From an uncultured Gemmatimonadales bacterium (GTDB taxonomy: Bacteria; Gemmatimonadota; Gemmatimonadetes; Gemmatimonadales; GWC2-71-9), in NCBI GenBank assembly GCA_963810165.1, contig CAWEMG010000020.1, positions 2,243-66,242 on the forward strand: a stretch of 64,000 nucleotides of DNA, in the 5' to 3' direction. The translations under genes were made by a program, and so were the position numbers. Positions 10,172 through 20,031 of this stretch are shown here, in pieces; position 1 is the stretch's first letter; every line of letters begins with the position of its first letter. The notes beneath the pieces were generated by a model. The model was not told the DNA's origin. It saw nothing but the letters and a program-made list of their open reading frames with translations, and did no database searches.

Positions 10172-11563
10172 CTAAGGAGGGAGCAGCTCTCCGCGGGTGC
10201 GCATGACCCCGTTGTGCATCACCAGTCGCACCCGGCGGGCGTTGCTGATGTCCGCGGTCGGGTCGGCGTCGAACACCACCAGATCGGCCCGCTTGCCGGG
10301 CTCGATCGACCCTATCTCCTTCTCCAACGCCATCGCCCTCGCGGCCACAATCGTGGCCGACGCGAATACGTCGGCCGCCGACATCCCTGCCTTCTGCATC
10401 TCCTCCATCTCGTTGTAAATGCTGGGACCGTGAGCGGTGCCGGGGTTTCCCGCGTCGGTCCCCATGGCCAGCGGAATGCCGGCCTGGTGCATCAGCTTGA
10501 AATTCTTGCGGATGTTGGAGCGAAGCGCCTTGCCTTTGGGTCCCTCCCAGAACGCCCTGCCTCCCTTCAGCAGGCTGTCCGGCAACACGGTCGTGAGCTT
10601 GCGCCGAGTGGCGGAGTCCACGCACTCGAGCGGGTAGCGGTGGGCAGGAGAGCGGCCCAGGGAGACGTCGGCATAGCCGTCCAGGACGGAGAGGGTCGGA
10701 ATCACGATGACGCCCGACTTCTTGATGGCGGCGACTAGCGCGGGGTCTATCGGCCCGTTGAAGACCTCGTGGACCAGGACCGCCGCGCCGGCATCGACCG
10801 CCTCCCTCGCTCTATCGGGCTCGGTCGCGTGAACCAGCAGGCGGAGCCCGGCCTTCCGGGTCTCATCGGCCGCCACCGCCAGCATCTTCTTCCCGTGCTG
10901 GCGCATCGAGTCGGGAAGCTCGATGTACCAGACCTTGATCGCCCCGGCGCCGCGGCGTTGGTGGTCGCGCACCGCGGCCCGGACGGTCGAGTCATCCTTC
11001 ATGACGACCAGCACGTCCATCATGTCGGGCGGAAGCGGGATGGTGGAGAGCAGGGGCCCGGCGGCGACGACCAGGGGAGCGTCGGTGGCCGAGCGGGTCT
11101 GCTTCGCCAGGTCGAAGGTCCAGCGGAATCCCCCGACGTCGAACGCGCTGGTGACGCCGCTGCAGAGCGCGGCCCGGTGGAAGTGCTCGGGGTGGGCCTC
11201 CAGCTCCCGGATCACCGAGTCGTAGGGGAACTGGGCGCGCAGGTCGGCTGCATCCGGGCGCCCATCCACCCAGCCGGTCTGGGAGTAGTGCACGTGGGCA
11301 TCGATCAGCCCTGGTCCCACATACGCTCCGGTGAGGTCCACCGTCTTCGCGCCGGCAGGATAGGTGCACGCCGCGCCCGTCCCCGCGCAGGTGATCCGGC
11401 CCTCCTGGATCACGATCAACGCGTTGGGGACCGGCTCGGCGCCGGGATTGATCAGCGTGCCGCCCTGTAGCACGGTCGTGCCGGCGGCGGGATCGGCCGG
11501 CTGGTCGGCGGAACGACAGGCGAAGGCGGTGACCAGGAGGAGTGCCAGGCAGGTGGTCTTCAT
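10172..11563 (-). CDS. amidohydrolase family protein (metal-dependent, exported)
   Basis: ORF 10172..11611 with an internal ATG at 11563 (MKTTCLALLLVTAFAC). Motifs: GPGLIDAHVHY, LLVHATE, AMGTDAGNPGTAHG, GKRADLVVFD. Confidence 0.8.
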   Translation of the reverse strand: MKTTCLALLLVTAFACRSADQPADPAAGTTVLQGGTLINPGAEPVPNALIVIQEGRITCAGTGAACTYPAGAKTVDLTGAYVGPGLIDAHVHYSQTGWVDGRPDAADLRAQFPYDSVIRELEAHPEHFHRAALCSGVTSAFDVGGFRWTFDLAKQTRSATDAPLVVAAGPLLSTIPLPPDMMDVLVVMKDDSTVRAAVRDHQRRGAGAIKVWYIELPDSMRQHGKKMLAVAADETRKAGLRLLVHATEPDRAREAVDAGAAVLVHEVFNGPIDPALVAAIKKSGVIVIPTLSVLDGYADVSLGRSPAHRYPLECVDSATRRKLTTVLPDSLLKGGRAFWEGPKGKALRSNIRKNFKLMHQAGIPLAMGTDAGNPGTAHGPSIYNEMEEMQKAGMSAADVFASATIVAARAMALEKEIGSIEPGKRADLVVFDADPTADISNARRVRLVMHNGVMRTRGELLPP

Positions 11564-11570
11564 ACCATGC

Positions 11571-12005
11571 CCTCGGGTCGGGAGTCGGGAGTCGGGAGTC
11601 AGGACGTCCATTAGAGTGCATCCTCCTCACTCCTCGCGCCAGCGGCGCCCCGCAACAGCATGGCCACGGATTAACACGGAAACAAACCGGATCGTTCCCA
11701 GACCCGAGCTGCTCCTTCCTGGCTATGAAGGACAGGGACTTTGTTCAAAGCACACCAGCTGACTCCGTACCGTGCCGAATTCAGCTGGTGTGCAGTTGAA
11801 CAACAACCATGCGATCAGCGCAGTGACCAAGGACGCCTAAACGGCGTCGGAGCGATCTGGTTTGTTTCCGTGTTAATCTGTGGCAAATGCCTTTGCTCTT
11901 GCCTGAGCTGGCATCCAGGCCGACTAGCGACTGGCGACCAGCACCCGTACCCTTTCTGTACCCCCATGTCTCCCGAATCCCGACTCCCGACTCCCGACTC
12001 GCGAC
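11571..12005. repeat. nested inverted-repeat region (heptamer arms, 31-nt IR, central 21-bp hairpin)
   Basis: Outer arms: TCGGGAG x3 at 11578-11598 against TCCCGAC-type x5 at 11971-12005. Middle arms: 11664-11694 against 11853-11883, complementary at 29 of 31 positions. Centre: 11741-11762 pairs with 11781-11803 around an 18-nt loop. Confidence 0.85.
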
Positions 12006-13565
12006 TCGATCGAAACCGAGATCGGCAGCCCGCCCGCGTCGAACTCCTCGTCGATCGGGCCTGCCCGAGGACCTCCTCCAGCAGGCAGCCCAGCGGCTGG
12101 GGCTCATCTGCGTCGTCATCGCGGGCCTCTGGATCGCCGAGCTGCTGCTGGGGCACTTCGTCATGCCGATCCCGACCACGTACCCGGATACGGCAGATCT
12201 TCCGGCTGTTCGAGGTGATGGGGGCGGTCTCGCTCGCCGTCTCGCTGGGCCTGTTCTGGTACGCCCATACGCCCACCGCTCCCGCCGCGATCCCCGTTTC
12301 CTGCTCAACCTCGGCCTGGTCTACGAGGTCCTGGTCGCGCTCTCCGTCGGCCTGGGCGACTGGGCGTACAACATGCCCATGGGGCTCTCCTGGATGAGCA
12401 TCATCATCCTCATCTTCGCGGCGATCATTCCCGCCCCGCCCTGCGAAGACGCTGGCCGTGGCGCTGCTGGCGGCATCCATGGACCCGGTGGGCGCGCTCA
12501 TCTGGAAGGCGGCCGGACAGCAGCACGTGCCCGGCGCAGGCCAGGTGTTCCTCCACGCCTTCCCCAACTACCTCTGCGCCCTGATCGCGCCGCTCATCTC
12601 CCACATCATCACCGGGCTCGGGCGCGAGGTGCGGAAGGCGCGGGAGATGGGGAGCTACGTGCTGGACGACCTGATCGGCGCGGGCGGGATGGGCGAGGTG
12701 TGGCGGGCCAACCACCGGTTCCTGGCGCGGCCGGCGGCGATCAAGCTGATCAAGCCCGAGGTGATGGGCGCCATGACGCCGGAGCAGCGGGACGTCATGG
12801 TCCAGCGCTTCCGGCGCGAGGCCCAGGCGGCGGCGATGCTCCGCTCGCCCCACACCATCAACCTGTACGACTTCGGGGTGACCAGCGACGGCACCTTCTA
12901 TTACGTGATGGAGCTGCTCAACGGGATGGACCTCCAGACCCTGGTGTCGAAGCACGGCCCGCTGCCGCCGGGTCGAGCCATCTACCTGCTCCAGCAGGCG
13001 TGCGAGAGCCTGTCCGAGGCGCACGAGCGGGGACTGGTGCACCGGGACATCAAGCCGGCCAACATCCAGGTGTGCCAGATGGGCGACTACTGCGACTGGG
13101 TCAAGGTGCTCGACTTCGGCCTGGTGAAGAGCCTGGGCGGCGACGTCCCCGAGGCCGGCCTCACCGCGCCCGACATGGTCACCGGCACGCCCGGCCTATC
13201 TCTCACCCGAGAGCGCGCTGGGGGAGCCGGTGGACCACCGGACCGACATCTACGCGCTGGGCTGCGTGGCCTACTGGATGCTGACCGGCCGCTACGTCTT
13301 CACCGGCGAGAGCCCGATGCAGATCGTGGCTCGGCACACCTCGTCCGAGCCGACTCCGCCATCGAGGCACAGCGGGTTCGATGTGTCACCGGCCCTGGAT
13401 GAGCTGGTGCTCGCCTGTCTGAGGAAGAAGCCGGCCGACCGGCCGGCAACGGCGCGGGAGCTTTCCGACCGCCTGGATGAATGCGAGGAAGAGACTGGCT
13501 GGACCCGAGAGGATGCGAGGAGGTGGTGGGAGACACCCCACACGCTGGGTCGCCGCTTATGGTAG
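11887..13565 (+). CDS. Ser/Thr protein kinase with N-terminal polytopic membrane domain, several frame breaks
   Basis: Kinase core in ORF 12458..13402: IGAGGMGEVWRA, AIKLIK, HRDIKPANI, LDFGLVK. After a break at ~13189-13196 it continues in ORF 13230..13565 (DHRTDIYALGCVAYWMLTG). TM segments are spread over the frames of ORFs 11887, 11741 and 12458. The start is uncertain (ATG 11887 or 11966). Confidence 0.75.
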
Positions 13566-13585
13566 GTCAGTAGATCATCCAGGAA

Positions 13586-15211
13586 CTAGTATTTCCTGGC
13601 CACCCTCAGCTCCGGCCGGTCGCCGTCGGCCTTGCTCATCAGCTTCAGAAATTCGCGGTAGCCGGCCTTCGCTGCGGCTCGATCACCCGCCAGCTCCGCC
13701 GCCCGCGCCGCACCAAACAGGCTGCGGGCCCGTCCCGGCTCCCGCATCAGCGTCGCCTGGTACGCCTTCCGCGCCTCGCCGTAGCGACCCGCCTCCAGCA
13801 GCATGTCGGCCAGCAGCTCGCGCGCCGGCAACAGCTCCGCCGGCGTCACCGGGTGCTTGTCGGTGACCTCCTCGCGTGTCGGCCGCCGCACGGGCCAGCG
13901 CCAGCCCGCCGGCGGTGTCCCCCTCGGCGAAGAGTCACCCAGGCTCGAGCCGCGTCCCGCTTGATCCCGGCGACCCGCGACCAGTAGGGCTCCTTCTTCT
14001 CCGCCATCTGCGCGGTGAGCGAGTCCAGCGCCGCGACATCCACCCGTGCCGCCGCAGGGTTTCCACTTCGGGCCGCGCCGATCGCGCGGGTGAAATGACT
14101 CAGCATCGCCTGAGTGCCCAGGCCCTGGACCGGAGCTACGGGAAAAGCGGACGCCGAACGCCAGTCGCCAGTCTCCAGTGAGAGTCGAGCCGCCATCGCG
14201 GTTCGGTTGTAGTCGCCCACTACGCCCTTGCCCTCGGGAACCCCAGCGCTCAGCGCGGTGGCGACGGTCGCCCGGGCAGCCGAGTCCTGTCCCCGCTGGA
14301 GATAGCCATAGACGGCATAATCGAGAGCGTGTAGCACTTCGCCTGCCGGAGGGACCGCTTTGGCTTTGGCGTTCGCCACACCGGCGTTGAACGCCACCCG
14401 ATTCGAGGCGACGGTCTCGTCCCAGTAGCCCAGCCGGATGAAGATGTGCGACGGCATGTGCTGGGCGTGCGGCGCGGCCGGCGCGATCTTGGCGTACCGC
14501 CGCGCGGCGCCGAGGCCGAGCTGGGCCAGCTGGGGCGAGTCGGTAGAGTGGATGATGTAGTGCGCCAGGCCCGGGTGCTGCGGGTAGCGGGCAAACAGTG
14601 GATTGAGAATCGCGGCCGCGCGCTTCTGCTGGGCGAAGGTGGTGTCGGTCTTGGGCGCGGTGGCGATCAGGGCGAGGGCGTAGTAGATGGCGACCTCGGT
14701 GTCCTTGGGAAAACTCCGGTACAGCCGCGCCATGGTGTCAGCGTAGGCCTGGAGCCGGACGGCGTTGGATGTCGTTGTCGGCATCGCGATAGAGCGCGGC
14801 CACCGCCGCGATGAACCCCCGCTCCCGGCGGCTGTCGGGATACAACGACCACGCCGTGGCCGCCGCCTCGGCACCTCGGGAGAGCGCCGGCTCCGTCGGC
14901 CCGCCGGCGAACGGATTGCCCCAGGCGTTCATCGCCAGGCCCCAGTACGCCATGGCACAATCGGACTCGGCCTCCAGCACCCGGTTGAAGGCCGCGTCGC
15001 CCTCCTCCCACCAGAAGGAGTGCAGTGCACCCATCGCCGTCTCGAACCGGCGGCCGGCCTCGGGAGCGCAGGATACGGGGAAGGTGACCTTGCCCAGCTG
15101 GCCGAGACCGGGGCCGTGATCCGCGTGATCATCGTGCGCGGGCGCCTGTGCGTTGCCGGCGGAGGCCATGGCCAGCATGGCTCCGAAAGCGGCGGCGACT
15201 ATGGATCTCAC
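13586..15211 (-). CDS. exported TPR-like repeat protein, two frame breaks
   Basis: Three consecutive fragments (ORFs 14738..15367, 13846..14874, 13586..13891) form one protein. GTG 15211 gives the signal SIVAAAFGAMLAMASAGNAQA. The C-terminus is TPR-like (LEAGRYGEARKAYQATLMREPGRARSLFGAARAAELAGD). Confidence 0.5.
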
Positions 15212-15453
15212 GAAGGACCTCCGAAGGGAGAGCGACTCGAATATAGACGTGCGGAAATATCTTGACACCGCCCGCCGGCGCCAACATTGTATGGATGGCG
15301 CCGATCCGCGCCCAACCTCTCGAGACTCCGCCCCAGCCGGGGTCCACTGCGAGGCAAAGGGGGGCACACTCCCGGATCAGCATCGTCGGTCCTTTGCGTC
15401 ACCGCGGCGCGCTGCTGGGGAGTCAGCCGTGGTGCACCCAAAGGAGAATGGCG

Positions 15454-16132
15454 ATGCCCCGCGATAAAGACCTCAAGCGCCTCGTTCGCACCCGCATGCA
15501 GAAGACGGGCGAAGCCTACACCGCCGCCCGGGCGCAGATCCTCAGCAAGCCTCGCAGGAAGACCTCACCCGCACCCAAACTGGATTACGCCGAGCTCGCC
15601 GGCACCAGCGACGCGACCATCAAACAGAAGACCGGCTGCACCTGGGAACGCTGGGTGAAGGCGCTCGATCACCACGGCGCGGCGAAGCTGTCGCACCGGG
15701 ATATCGCCCGGCTGGTGAATACCACGTATAAGATCGACGGCTGGTGGTCGCAGACCGTGACCGTCGGATACGAGCGGATCAAGGGACTGCGGGTGAAGGG
15801 CCAGCGGCGCGACGGGAGCTACGAGGTGAACAAGTCCCGCACCTTCGGCGTCCCGGTGGCGGCGCTGTACGACGCCTGGGCCGAGCCGCGACGTGCGGGG
15901 CCGCTGGCTGGACGGCGAACGCGTGAAGGTGCGCACCGCCACCCGGCCGAAGAGCATGCGGCTCGGCTGGTCCGACGGCACGATCGTCGTGGTCGGGTTC
16001 ACCGGGAAGGGCACGTCCAAGAGCGCGGTGTCGCTGGCGCACACGAAGCTGCAGGACAAGGAGGCAGCGAATCGGCTGAAGGAGTACTGGTCGGAGCGGC
16101 TGGATGTGCTGGGGGAGGAGATGCGGGGTTAG
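15454..16132 (+). CDS. hypothetical protein with SRPBCC/AHSA1-like C-terminal half, one frame break
   Basis: ATG 15454 lies 7 nt after AAGGAG. The frame of ORF 15262..16146 (…KIDGWWSQTVTVGYERIKG…) continues after ~15890 in ORF 15893..16132. The family assignment is from memory only. Confidence 0.4.
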
Positions 16133-16252
16133 CTAGAAGGGGGTAGAGGATGAATGGAGCCTCATCCCGAGCTCCGCGAGGAGCCTGCCCTGAGTCGGCG
16201 AAGGGTACTCCGGTTGACGGCTGCGGTAGTTCGTCTCCCGTTCCATCACGGC

Positions 16253-16686
16253 TCAGGGCAGCACGACGACAGCTTTGGTCACGGATCCCGGGATGGGCCC
16301 GTTGGAGGTCGGAGTAAAGACCCGTCCTTCCACTACAATGCTGGCCTCTCCCGGGACCGTGAACAGCCAAGTCTACCGGGTGCGGCATGGGGGACATGTC
16401 GGGGGTGCACCCAAAGTCGTCGTCCGATCACTACCCGATCGTACGGGATCACGCGCGCGGTGGCGGCCTCCAGCGTGAGGTCGACGCCGTCAGGCGTGGT
16501 GCAGCTCGAGCTGCCGAAGGTATTCACCGTGGCGGCGAACCTGACGCCGGCCTGAACGGTATCAGGCGCCACGATGGTGGAGATCGAAGGATCGACGTCG
16601 ATGATCCCCACGACCCGTTCGGTGTCGGGTCCGGTAGAGCACGCAGCGGTGCTGGCGAAGGCGAGAGCCAGAAAGCGGGTGCGCAT
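16253..16686 (-). CDS. hypothetical lipoprotein, frame breaks near the 3' end
   Basis: ORF 16333..16686 has the signal FLALAFASTAACS and an AGGAGG site upstream. Beta-rich sequence continues in two other frames to TGA 16253-16255. Confidence 0.4.
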
Positions 16687-16707
16687 CGGGTCCTCCTTGC
16701 CGCCGGT

Positions 16708-17245
16708 TTAGTCGAAGATCGGAGATCCCGAACACCCGCCAGGTCCCCACGATCGCAAGGTCGGCATCGTAACCGTAGGCCAGCAGCGTCGAGTCCTGCG
16801 CCAGCGGTATCTCGGGACTGCAGGTCCACACACCGGTGTACTCGGCGTTGGATAAGCTGCCTGGCCCGAGCGTCGCGGTGTAGGGGCCGACACCGAGGGT
16901 GAACTGAAGACTCTCCTCCCCCAGACCCACGTAGTCCATCACCACCTCGGCAATCGTGGTGTCTGCCGCGGTCAGCTCGATGTGCGTGCCGCTGATCTCC
17001 TGCAGGTTACGGAATACCTGGACCGGGAAGCGTACGGTGCCGCTGGGTGGAACCGGCCGGGTGAGATCGAAGAAGCCGTGAACCAGGCAGTCATGAGTGC
17101 GCACCCGGTCGACGGTCGTATCGGATGCCTGTGCCACGAGCATGAACTGGTATGATGCCACTCGATTCGGCTCATTCTCACCGCACCCGGCAAGGGCGAG
17201 TGCGACCGCCACCGAAAGGGTGAGGTGCTTCGGCGAGTGGTTCAT
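16708..17245 (-). CDS. hypothetical lipoprotein
   Basis: Internal ATG 17245 of ORF 16562..17278, with signal LSVAVALALAGCG. The ORF-track frame overlaps the next gene by 125 nt. A 1-nt shift gives ...IFD and TAA 16708-16710, just ahead of the next gene's SD. Confidence 0.45.
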
Positions 17246-17347
17246 GGCGAGAAGACCTCGGGCGAGGGTCTCCTCCAAGTATGCATCTCGTTTTTGTAAC
17301 AGCCAGTCCTGTCGTCACGACGTCTCAGCTTGGAGCAACCATTCATT

Positions 17348-17439
17348 GTCATCCTGAGCCCTTCGCATGCTCAGGGTAAACTTCGCGCTGAATCTCTCAG
17401 CATGCTATCGAAGGGATTCTTCGCTGCGCTCAGAATGAC
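17348..17439. repeat. GTCATCCTGAGC...GCTCAGAATGAC palindromic intergenic element (short type)
   Basis: 12-nt termini are complementary at 11 of 12 positions. Inner pairs are CCCTTCG/CGAAGGG and GCATGCTCAG/CTCAGCATGC. It lies between two minus-strand genes. Confidence 0.8.
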
Positions 17440-17449
17440 AACGTCGCGG

Positions 17450-19225
17450 TCAGGATGACGTGTCCGGTGCAACGGTCGGGAGAATGATCCGCGACACATG
17501 GGGCGCCGAATAGTGGATCCGGATCTCGCCCGCCCGCGTCTCCGCCGACTCGAACTCCTGGGCGCCGGTCTGCGGATTGACCGAGAACAACGGAAAGAAC
17601 GCGGTGGAGAGCACGATCCGGAGCCGGTGCCCGGGGAGGAACCGGTTGGCGGTGAGCAGCCGGTCGAGCTTCAGTCGAACCACCTCACCCTTCCGGACCA
17701 GTCGGCGCTCCGGGCCCCCATCGCGGTAACTCGCCCGGAGCAGGCCGGTGCCGGGGCTGGAGAGGTTCCACGCGGTGCCGTCGGGCGCGACATCGTAGAG
17801 CTGGAGCCAGACGTCGAAATCCGGGACGTCGCGCTCGCCGCCAGCTCGGCCACCACCGTCCCGATGATCTCGCGCGGCGCGGTGAAGGGCGCAGTCTCGA
17901 ACACCGCCAGCTCGGGGACGCCCTACCAGAGCGCGATAGTCGTGCGGTCCGGCTCGGCCCTCGAATGGATCGGCCAGCGGTGCGGCCGGGTCGGAGACGA
18001 TGACGCTCTGGCCGTCCGCTGCCTTGGCCGGCATGGGGAGGAGGCGTCCAGTGGCGCGTCCGACCTTCCGGCGCGCCGAGATAGAGCGTGTCCGCAGCGA
18101 GTGCCGGGCAACGGCCAGCGATTCGCCGAGCGCCACTGGTTGGCGCCCATCACGAACACCTGAACCGCTGGGCCCTGCTTCGCGCCGAGGGCCGCGTCCT
18201 TCACGTAGCGGTCCATCCAGTCCAGGACAGTTGCCGCTGTAGTCGATCGCCGCACCCGCACCGAAGTCCCGGTCTCCCGCCTTCCTCCGATCCTGCCCGC
18301 CGTGGGTCCAGGGGCCGAGCACCAGGCGCGACCGGAGTGAGTCGGGAGAGCGAGCCGCCGCCAGGCCCAAGTGGTTACCGACGGCGCCGCTCGGCCCGTA
18401 GGGCTCGTCGAACCACCCCGAGAGATTGAGGACCGCGGCGGTTACGCCCGCGTACTTGCCATCGAGCGCGGCCCAGCGCCACCAGGGGTCCCGGGGAGGG
18501 TGACGCATCCACTCGTAGTACCACGGGGCGATGTCCTTGAAGTCGGGCAGCGTGCGAAGTGGACGGTGCCGCCGGGCGGCGGGCCCATCCCGCTGCCACG
18601 CGGTGTCGGCGGCCTCGCCGCTCTGAGGCCCTGACACCCGGAGTCTCCGGCGCAGATCGGGCGCGATGTTGAGCCAGGTCCAGTCCAGCCAGGAGCCGTC
18701 CCACACCCCGCCGGAATACCAGAAGCTCTCCGGGTCGCTGTAAGTCATGGCCGGCACCATGGCCTTGAGCGACGGCGGCCGCTCCACCGCGGCCAGCCAC
18801 TGGACCGCACCGGGATAGGAGAGGCCGAAGCTGCCGACGGCGCCGGTGGACCACGGCTGGCGGGCGGCCCACTCGATGGTGTCGTAGCCGTCTTTCCCTT
18901 CATGACGATAGGGCTCGAACTCGCCGGCGGACCCGTAGCGTCCGCGAACGTCCTGCAGCACCACGGCGTAGCCGCGGGCGACGGCGGCGCGGACCAGTTC
19001 GCTTGCCCCACCGGCGCTCCGGCCGTACGGGGTGCGGTACACCAGCACCGGGAACCGCCCGTCTTTCGACGGCCGCCAAAGATCGGCCCGCAGGACGACG
19101 CCGTCCCGCATGGGCACCGCCACGCCGGTGTCCACCTGGACCCGCGCCTGGGCGCCCAGCGTTGCCCGCCGACGGCCACGCCGAGGCTGAGCCGCAGACC
19201 GAAACCACGGGAGGAGGCGCTTCAT
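17450..19225 (-). CDS. CocE/NonD family hydrolase (X-Pro dipeptidyl-peptidase S15), several compensating frame breaks
   Basis: Motifs: PVLVYRTPYG, AVVLQDVRGRYGSAGEF, GSFGLSYPGAVQW (GxSYxG). Mid-gene stretches make sense only in other frames, e.g. TVLDWMDRYVKDAALGAKQGPAVQVFVMGANQWR (ORF 17923..18261) and FETAPFTAPREIIGTVVAEL (ORF 17671..17904). Confidence 0.8.
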   Translation of the reverse strand: MKRLLPWFRSAAQPRRGRRRATLGAQARVQVDTGVAVPMRDGVVLRADLWRPSKDGRFPVLVYRTPYGRSAGGASELVRAAVARGYAVVLQDVRGRYGSAGEFEPYRHEGKDGYDTIEWAARQPWSTGAVGSFGLSYPGAVQWLAAVERPPSLKAMVPAMTYSDPESFWYSGGVWDGSWLDWTWLNIAPDLRRRLRVSGPQSGEAADTAWQRDGPAARRHRPLRTLPDFKDIAPWYYEWMRHPPRDPWWRWAALDGKYAGVTAAVLNLSGWFDEPYGPSGAVGNHLGLAAARSPDSLRSRLVLGPWTHGGQDRRKAGDRDFGAGAAIDYSGNCPGLDGPLREGRGPRREAGPSGSGVRDGRQPVALGESLAVARHSLRTRSISARRKVGRATGRLLPMPAKAADGQSVIVSDPAAPLADPFEGRAGPHDYRALVGRPRAGGVRDCALHRAARDHRDGGGRAGGERDVPDFDVWLQLYDVAPDGTAWNLSSPGTGLLRASYRDGGPERRLVRKGEVVRLKLDRLLTANRFLPGHRLRIVLSTAFFPLFSVNPQTGAQEFESAETRAGEIRIHYSAPHVSRIILPTVAPDTSS

Positions 19226-19716
19226 AGGCGAAAGGGTACGCGTTTCCGGAAGGTGTCCAGAATTTTCCGACCGGAGAGTCCTTACGCCTTGCGGGCGGCA
19301 ATTTACGAGCGACTGCTACAAGATTTGGCTGGCGGGAGGGCTTTGCCCTCGGCGGGAACGGCATTGTGACGGGCAGTCACAAAGTTCGCGGGCGAAGGGA
19401 ACCCAATCACAGTCGTCAGTCGTCCTTTACATCGTAGGTGCCTGTTCGCCGTGGCAATTGCGTTCCCGATTCAGGCGCGGATCCGATATTTCCCGGCGAC
19501 TTCGTTGCTGACGCGATTCGCAGACCTCGCGAGGCCGAACCGAGCGCTTCACACTGAGCGGCATCCTCCCGACACATTCGCGACAGCTCGCGGAGTGGCC
19601 CAGCTCCGCTCGCGAGACGGGACGCACAGGTCGCGGATCGCCTGGACCCCGGGAGCGGGGCGGAAGCGCAGGGGGAAGTACACAGTGGCAGCCATGACCT
19701 GAATGTACCCAATCTA

Positions 19717-19933
19717 GTCGGGAAGGACGGGAAAGACGGGAAGGAGCGAGCGGCGCAGGCAGGGTGTCACCCTGAGCGAAGCGAGGGGGCCGAAACGGTA
19801 AGCGTTCGCGATTATCGATGAGTGTGCGAGACCATTCAGGTTCTGGCCCCCTGGGTCGCTACGCTCTCTCGGGATGAGGAACCCATCGTGCTCGCTCCTT
19901 CCCGTCTTTCCCGTCCTTCCCGTCCTTCCCGCC
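19717..19933. repeat. composite hairpin element: 9-nt tandem-repeat arms around a GTCACCCTGAGCG core
   Basis: Left arm is 19717-19751 (GTCGGGAAGGACGGGAAAGACGGGAAGGAGCGAGC). Its near-perfect complement is at 19890-19933. The core 19766-19880 runs from GTCACCCTGAGCGAAGCGAGGGGGCC to CTCTCGGGATGAGGA. Confidence 0.85.
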
Positions 19934-20031
19934 TGTCGATTTCGACGGCCCACGTTCGACATATGTATAGAGGGTCGAATCGAGAACCGAAACGGGAGGA
20001 GATCATGTTGAAGCCGACCATCTACATACCG

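Noticed and set aside
11578-12005. Short tandem repeat arrays (here and at 19717, 34365, 35212, 40455, 52931) as CRISPR arrays
   Set aside because: The units are 7-9 nt and directly abutting, with no ~30-nt spacers. No cas genes are present, and the arrays occur as complementary pairs.
13579-13599. 7-bp hairpin CCAGGAA/TTCCTGG between kinase and TPR genes as a terminator
   Set aside because: The stem is short and AT-poor flanks are absent. It overlaps the stop codon region of the TPR gene, so the support is too weak to list as a feature.
19230-19716. ORFs 19416..19712 and 19427..19627 (-) and a 49-codon ORF starting with ATG at 19695 (-) in the gap upstream of the S15 peptidase gene
   Set aside because: They mutually overlap, have no recognisable motif or SD, and are Arg/Ser/Cys-rich like non-coding high-GC sequence. 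I treat the region as non-coding leader.
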